DNA of 64,000 nucleotides from Candidatus Latescibacterota bacterium (GTDB lineage Bacteria; Latescibacterota; UBA2968; UBA8231): NCBI GenBank assembly GCA_965261395.1, contig OZ253462.1, positions 2,208,001 to 2,272,000 of the forward strand, read 5' to 3'. Shown piece by piece: positions 58,294 to 64,000 of this stretch (position 1 is its first letter; each line of letters starts with the position of its first letter). The notes under the pieces were generated by a model. It saw only the letters and a program-made list of their open reading frames with translations, ran no database searches and was not told where the DNA came from. The position numbers and the translations under genes were made by a program.

Positions 58294-59501
58294 AGAGATG
58301 TTGAGTCCTAGTTTCGCGCAGCCGTCAACAGAGGATCTTGCGGCGGCCTTCATGCACGAGGAAGATGAGGTCTGGCTCCCAGAGTTCGAATTGCTGCACG
58401 CCAGCAATGGGGAAGAAGCACTATCAATCATCCAGGCGGGAAAGGAATCGAACTGCCCCATCGCCGTCGCCTACATCGACATCAGAATGCCGCCGGGCAT
58501 CGATGGTATCGAAACGATCCGCCGGATCAGAAAGATCGATCGCGACGTCGAGATCGTCATCATGACCGCGTACACTGACAAGGCGCTGCCCGAGATCGTC
58601 CACGATATGGAACTGCTGCACAAGCTGCTCTATATCAGAAAGCCTTTCGCGCACGAGGAGATCCAACAGATCACCCTTTCCCTAGTCGAGAAGTGGAACA
58701 TCGAACGGGAGCTGGCAGAAAAACGGCGGCAACTCACCAATGGCCATCGAAGACTGGAAGCAGTGCTCAACGCTACCGGAGACGCCATTGCAATGCACGA
58801 CAGCGACGGCCACGGGGAGATGATCGGCAGCCTCGTCCTGTACCGGGACGTGTCCAAGGAGATCGAGGCCGAGCAGATGAGGACCGCGGTGCTGCGCTTG
58901 CGCACCGAGTTGGAGACGACCGGCTCATTTGCCGACCTAGTGGGCACCGGCCCCGGAATGCGGCAGGTGTACGCGCTGATGAAGCAGGCCGCCGAAGGCG
59001 ATATCGCGGTGCGTAAGCGCGGCGAGAGCGGCACCGGCAAGGAACTGGTGGCCAAGTCGGTTCACCACACCAGCCCGCGCAAGCAGGGGCCGTTTGTAGC
59101 CCTCAATTGCGCCGCCATTCCCGATTCTCGATAAACACGCCGAACGCGCCGACAAATCTATCAGCGGCACTTCCACCGCTGCCTTGCGCCTGTTGATCCA
59201 GTACGATTGGCCCGGCAACGTGCGCGAGCTAGAAAACGCCATCGAGCGCGCCGTGCTGCTGGAGACGGATGTGGTGCTACAAGCAGGCAGCCTGCCTCCC
59301 CAGTTGTCGCCGGTCATCGCTGTCGGGAGTGACGGCTCACCGCCGACCGCGATCCTGCCGCTGGCCGAGGTCGAGCGGCAGGCACTAGTCCACGCTCTCG
59401 AAGTCGCAGACAACAACATCACGCAGGCGGCCCAAGCCTTGGGTATCAATCGCGCAACCCTGCACCGCAAATTGAAGAAATACGACCTGTCCAAGGATTG
59501 A
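58268..59501 (+). pseudogene. REC-PAS-sigma-54 activator with several internal deletions
   Basis: REC lacks its first strand (begins QHEIHDDFEEM), PAS is collapsed, GESGTGKE and FVALNCAAIP are followed by a stop, and the sequence resumes in another frame with YDWPGNVRELENAIERA plus a Fis HTH. Confidence 0.85.
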
Positions 59502-59518
59502 ACCGGACGGGCGAATCC

Positions 59519-59552
59519 GTCGCAAAATGCGACATTCGTTGCAAATTGCAAC
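59519..59552. promoter_or_regulatory. Tandem palindromes, putative bEBP enhancer sites
   Basis: GTCGCAAAATGCGAC and GTTGCAAATTGCAAC directly after the activator stop. A possible GG-N10-GC element TGGCATTGAGCTGGC lies at 59779-59793. Confidence 0.6.
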
Positions 59553-60181
59553 ATACGCTCTGCCTTCCTTGTCGATTTTTCCTGTAATTCCTCTATAAAC
59601 ATCCAGTTGTAGAATCTATTCCACAGGGGACAGAGGTCACCGGAGCGGTCTGCAATACGCATTTTGCAACACCTCCAAAACCTCTCACCGTTTTCGCATA
59701 TTCTCTAACCGGACTGAACTGGATCGCCGAAGGCAAAGCCATAGGGCGGGTATCGGAGAGCACAACAGCGATAGCGACTGGCATTGAGCTGGCGATGGTA
59801 TTCATGGATGGGGAGGTGGGGAGAACTCGTGTCGTCGGCTACGGCGCACGGGTTCACCCTGGCGGTGGATGCCGACGCTGAGCAGCGTATGATGGACGAA
59901 GTGCGTATGAGGAGGGAGATGTTGTGATAAGGAGCTGTCTGGAATTTCCGAGTGTGCCTGAGCGCGAGCGCAAGGTGGAGCGAACGGGGTGGACAGCCGC
60001 GGCCGCCGCGTTTGTTTGCAGTCGCGCGTTCCCGAAGGGACGCCGAATGCCAAGGCCAAGCATTCAGGCGCAGGCCGCTAGGGGTTTCAGGCAGCTTCCC
60101 ATTTTTCCTACCGTGCCACTTGCAACGCAACGTGGAGAAGACTGCTGTTGTTGGAAATGGACCACTCAAAGAGGTCGGCCT

Positions 60182-61321
60182 TCAATCCCACCACACTTCA
60201 CCGGGAACCAGATGAGCGCGCAGCAGCTCTTCGTTTAACTCCACCCCGGTCCCCGGCCGGTCGGGCACGGTAATATACCCGCGATCGACTACAGGCCCAC
60301 CCCAATCCACAGCAATATCGTCCCACCAAGGACAGTCGAGACCGTGGTGTTCCAGCGCCAGGAAATTCGGCGCGTTGGCACACACGTGCGCCGAAGCAAC
60401 GGTGCCCACTGGTGTGCAGATGTTGTGCGGGGCAAAGGCCAGCGAATGCAACTCGCATAATTCGGCCACTTTTTTGCCTTCCTGCACTCCGCCAAAACGA
60501 GGGATATCGGGCGTGATAATATCCGCGGCTCGGTCTTCGATCATGGGCCTGAGCCCATGACTCATCCAGTGATTTTCACCACAGGCAATGGGCACGGAGG
60601 TGTGGTCGGTCACGTACTTTAAGGCGTCGAGATTTTCCGGCGGGGTTGGATCTTCGAGCCACAGAATGTCGATGTCCTCCAGCCTCCGGGCCACCCTGAG
60701 CGCGTCCGCTGGCTGGTAACACCAGTGCATATCTAGGCACAACTCAACATCAGCGGGTAGGGCCTCGTAGGCCGCATGACTGACGGCACTCATGTACTCG
60801 ACCTCGGCCCTAGATAGGGCGCGATTGTGGTGATCCTTGCGGTACTCTCCTGGAGCGCTGTTGTCGATATCGACCTTGACGACGGTGTACCCGGCTTCTA
60901 CTCGCTGGCGCACCCCGTCGGCATAGGCTGCGGGCGAGTGGTCGCCGGGCCGAGCCGTGTCGGCATAGATACGCACCCGATCCCGGTACTTGCCGCCGAG
61001 CAACTGCCACAAGGGCAGGCCCGTCATCTTGCCGTGCAGGTCCCACAGCGCTAGTTCGACCCCCGACAAGGCCAGCACAATACTGCCCCCCGTGGACCCC
61101 GCGCCGATCAGTCCTCGGTAGATTTTTTGCGCTAGCCGGACGGGGTGGCGGGGATCCTCGCCGACGAGCAGTCCTTCAATGCGCGTGAGGATATCCCGCA
61201 CGCCAATGGGCAATTGCGCTTCGCCAATGCCGCAGATTCCCTCATCCGTTTCCACCTTGACCAGCGTCCACGTCCAAGGGACGCCCTGTATCATAACGGA
61301 TTTAATCGCTGTGATTTTCAT
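60182..61321 (-). CDS. Mandelate racemase/muconate lactonizing (enolase superfamily) enzyme, galactonate-dehydratase-like
   Basis: MKITAIK, ALWDLHGK, LDMH, WLEDP, CGEN, APHN. Confidence 0.92.
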   Translation of the reverse strand: MKITAIKSVMIQGVPWTWTLVKVETDEGICGIGEAQLPIGVRDILTRIEGLLVGEDPRHPVRLAQKIYRGLIGAGSTGGSIVLALSGVELALWDLHGKMTGLPLWQLLGGKYRDRVRIYADTARPGDHSPAAYADGVRQRVEAGYTVVKVDIDNSAPGEYRKDHHNRALSRAEVEYMSAVSHAAYEALPADVELCLDMHWCYQPADALRVARRLEDIDILWLEDPTPPENLDALKYVTDHTSVPIACGENHWMSHGLRPMIEDRAADIITPDIPRFGGVQEGKKVAELCELHSLAFAPHNICTPVGTVASAHVCANAPNFLALEHHGLDCPWWDDIAVDWGGPVVDRGYITVPDRPGTGVELNEELLRAHLVPGEVWWD

Positions 61322-61391
61322 GTAGGCTGCGCTCCTCTAAGGAAGTTGCAAGCTTCTATCCCCTCCACGCTGAACTGGGGCCGCTGGCGTC

Positions 61392-62720
61392 TTATTGGCT
61401 CAGCCGGTCGAGGACATTGCGGGTGATCTGGGCGACGGTCGCGTCTCCTTTTAGCCCGTGCGACCAGTCGGTTGTCCCGGCCGTGAATACCGTGCCGCCG
61501 CGAGTATAGAGGCCCATGACCGCCGCGCCCTCCCGGCCCTTTTCCCAGCGCTCATACCACTCGCTGTCGTCCGAGTGCCATCGCGCTGGTGCTGTACACA
61601 AGATGATAAAGTCCGTCGGGGTGCCGTAGGTCCCTTTGGGTACTGGCAACCCGTTTTCCAGCACGAACTCACAGCCGTCGCACTCATAGCCGACGATGGT
61701 GTGCTCGCCTCCGAAGCTAGCGCCGCGCTGCAAGCCCGTTCCCGTAAAAATCCAGTGTTCCGGGCGATGGACTGTAAATGCCCCGGACCCGTCCATGTAT
61801 TGCCCATGGCTTAGGTGATAGCCTCCGTAGAGGAAACCGACGCCGGTCAGCTCGTTTTCCGGGCGGCCCACGAGGTGGTGGCTCCACAAGGTCGAAAGGT
61901 TCGCGTAGTCGCCGGCGGCATAGGCTGGGTCCATGTTGAACTGTTGCTTCCAGCACACCAGCGCTCGGCCCTCGTCCTCGCTGCGCACCCGCCAGCACAC
62001 GGAGTTGCCGCTAAAAAACGCGGCGTTGCCCCCGGCGGCGATGTAGGCCTCGAGGTGGTCGCGCATGGGAGCCGACCAGTATTCATCGTGCCCCACGCTG
62101 AGCACGAGCCGGTAGTTGTCCAACAGTTCGGGATGCCATTCGAGGTCGGAATTGGCGCAGTAGTCGAGCGCGTATCCAGCGCCCTCCGCCCATTCGACGA
62201 AGTCGCGCTCCCAGCGGTCGAACAGCCCGGCTAGTGGACGGTCGAAGGAGACGCGATGCCCCTGCAAGCCACCGCGGCCGTGATAGCTGTAGAAGCTGTA
62301 GCCGCCCCAGTTGTTGTAGGCACTATAGGTATTGGTGGCTAACTGGAGGAGGATGCGGCTGTCCGTGGGGCCAGCGGGGCGGACGATGAAAAAGCCTTGG
62401 CTCTCGGCGGTGCGCCGTCCCCGCCGCACGAACTTGCCGCCTTGGTCCTCGACGCGCAGCGCGAACTCGTAATACCCGCTGCGCCAGTCGTCCGGCACTT
62501 CCAATTCGCAGGAAACCGGCCAGCCGCAGCCGTTGGACGAAGCGTCTTCTGGCACCGGATGGGACGACCCAGGCAGTTGGTCCTGCCGCCATACGACTTC
62601 GCGCCCGGCACCTATTCGCGTCACTTCCAGCGCGTATTCGTCCGCGCTAGTGGCCACGTGAAAGCGCACTTGCTCACCGGCGCGGTAGCTGAGCTGATCG
62701 GTATAGCCTTCGACGAACAT
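61392..62720 (-). CDS. N,N-dimethylformamidase beta-subunit family domain protein
   Basis: EGYTDQLSY, WRSGYY, TYSAYNNWGG, SVGHDEYWS, FFSGN, GYECD, VFTAGTTDW, ITRNVL. Confidence 0.85.
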   Translation of the reverse strand: MFVEGYTDQLSYRAGEQVRFHVATSADEYALEVTRIGAGREVVWRQDQLPGSSHPVPEDASSNGCGWPVSCELEVPDDWRSGYYEFALRVEDQGGKFVRRGRRTAESQGFFIVRPAGPTDSRILLQLATNTYSAYNNWGGYSFYSYHGRGGLQGHRVSFDRPLAGLFDRWERDFVEWAEGAGYALDYCANSDLEWHPELLDNYRLVLSVGHDEYWSAPMRDHLEAYIAAGGNAAFFSGNSVCWRVRSEDEGRALVCWKQQFNMDPAYAAGDYANLSTLWSHHLVGRPENELTGVGFLYGGYHLSHGQYMDGSGAFTVHRPEHWIFTGTGLQRGASFGGEHTIVGYECDGCEFVLENGLPVPKGTYGTPTDFIILCTAPARWHSDDSEWYERWEKGREGAAVMGLYTRGGTVFTAGTTDWSHGLKGDATVAQITRNVLDRLSQ

Positions 62721-64000
62721 TATTCTGGGTACTCCACTATTACTACTCGCTCGTCTAACTCGCGTTGCAACCTCTCCACTTGTTCCACCACGTACTCTAC
62801 TGCCTGCTCTATTGGCGTTTCACGCCGCTCTTTTTCGCGCCGTAGCTTGACCTCGACAATCCCCTGCTGCAAACCGCGATCCCCCACCGTCACCCGCACC
62901 GGTATCCCAATCAGGTCGGCGTCGTTGAACTTGACCCCTGGGTTTTCTCGACGGTCGTCGAGGAGCACTTCAATACCGCGCGCTGTGAGGTCGGCGTAGA
63001 GTTGCTCGCCCGCGTCTTGCGCTGAGCCTTCGCCCTTGGCGAGGAGGACGATGTGTACCTGATAGGGCGCGACGGCAATGGGCCACACTAGGCCGTTTTC
63101 GTCGTGGTACTCCTCGGCGATACAAGCCAGCAACCGCCCCACGCCGATCCCGTAAGATCCCATGACGACTGGCTGCGCCTTGCCCTCGGCGTCGAGGAAA
63201 TCACCGCCCAGTGCCTCGGTGAACTTGGTGCCGAGTTGGAAGATGTTGCCCACTTCCACTCCGCGCGATTCGCGCAGCGCCGCCCCGCAGTTAGGGCAGC
63301 CGTCGCCTTGCCGGGCGGTAGCGATATCGGCGACCACGTTGGCCGTGTAGTCGCGGCCGTGGTTTACATTGGCGAGGTGGTAGCCCGGCTCATTGGCACC
63401 GGCCACCAGATTGGGCGAGGACGCTACCGAGTCATCGACCACCACCACCGCTCCCTCGACGCCGATGGGCGATCCATAGCCTGGCTCTGCGCCGATGGCG
63501 CGTATTTCCTCTTCCCGCGCCGGCCACATCTCCAGCGCGCCGACGGCATTGGCCAGCTTGGTCTCGTTGACGTCCATGTCGCCGCGCACGACCGCCAGCA
63601 CAAACGCGTCTTTCTTATCTCGACCGTCGCCGACGGTGGCCATTACAAAGAGCGCCTTGGCGGTCTTGTGCGCGGGAATGTCGAGTAGCGTGGTCAGTTC
63701 CTCGATGGTGGTGGCATTGGGCGTGGCGATTTTCTCGGGCGCGGCGGGCACCTCGTCAGGATTGGCCTGTTTGGCGAAGGTGGCGATCTGGCGGTTGGCC
63801 GAGTACCCGCAGCCGTCGCACAAGAGCAGGGTGTCTTCGCCGATCGGCGTCAAGTACATGTATTCGTGGGCCAGTTCGCCGCCCATCATCCCGGTGTCTG
63901 AGCTGACCGCGAGGACGTCGAGGCCGCAGCGATTGAAGATGTTGAAATACTGCTGGTAATGGGCGCGGTATTGCTTTTCGAGGCCCTCCCAGTCGGCGTC
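62720..64000 (-). CDS. proS: Proline-tRNA ligase (5' part outside window)
   Basis: GMMGG..AHEY, INS editing domain (GAEPGYGSP, GAN..GYH), EVGNIFQLG, MGSYGIGVGR and the anticodon-binding domain. Frame is open to the window end. Confidence 0.96.
   Translation of the reverse strand, partial: DADWEGLEKQYRAHYQQYFNIFNRCGLDVLAVSSDTGMMGGELAHEYMYLTPIGEDTLLLCDGCGYSANRQIATFAKQANPDEVPAAPEKIATPNATTIEELTTLLDIPAHKTAKALFVMATVGDGRDKKDAFVLAVVRGDMDVNETKLANAVGALEMWPAREEEIRAIGAEPGYGSPIGVEGAVVVVDDSVASSPNLVAGANEPGYHLANVNHGRDYTANVVADIATARQGDGCPNCGAALRESRGVEVGNIFQLGTKFTEALGGDFLDAEGKAQPVVMGSYGIGVGRLLACIAEEYHDENGLVWPIAVAPYQVHIVLLAKGEGSAQDAGEQLYADLTARGIEVLLDDRRENPGVKFNDADLIGIPVRVTVGDRGLQQGIVEVKLRREKERRETPIEQAVEYVVEQVERLQRELDERVVIVEYPE

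Noticed and set aside
59593-60238. Several short ORFs on both strands
   Set aside because: No motifs, mutually overlapping, and atypical composition. Treated as decayed intergenic DNA.
1-64000. tRNA, rRNA, CRISPR array, integrase or IS transposase
   Set aside because: None recognised by eye. tRNAscan, Infernal and ISEScan were not run, so small RNAs could be missed.

Overview
High-GC bacterial genomic window with roughly 45 genes or gene remnants. The gene content (phytanoyl-CoA dioxygenases, sulfatase, several Gfo/Idh/MocA enzymes, amidohydrolases, many decaying genes) suggests an uncultured lineage such as Latescibacterota or Poribacteria, but that is inference only. Layout: (i) 1-6 kb, a duplicated and decaying sigma-54 cassette with visible enhancer palindromes and a -24/-12 promoter; (ii) 6-16.6 kb, catabolic genes including a close bacterial homolog of the vertebrate ANKH exporter; (iii) a frameshifted MmeI-like type IIL R-M gene and an orphan antitoxin; (iv) 20-33.5 kb, a lipid locus with an ElbD-like FAR-adenylation-ACP-acyltransferase multienzyme abutting lgt, facing a DAG-kinase-like gene and an Mla/Mce ABC system; (v) folA, an aspC-like aminotransferase, a GT3-like glycosyltransferase, nadC, CYTH and an internally duplicated CPBP protease; (vi) 46.4-55 kb, a low-GC island encoding a dynamin-like GTPase, a 1045-aa HerA/DUF87 ATPase with a Ser/Thr-rich putative beta-hairpin, a small HNH/WHH nuclease toxin and its SUKH immunity protein, followed by an orphan MNT and an AbiE pair. 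This island is the best candidate for an undescribed system; (vii) a multiply deleted PAS-kinase/sigma-54 regulator locus, an enolase-family enzyme, a DMFase-beta-like gene and the 3' part of proS. No rRNA, tRNA, CRISPR array, integrase or transposase was recognised. All family calls come from motif recognition by eye; no searches were run.
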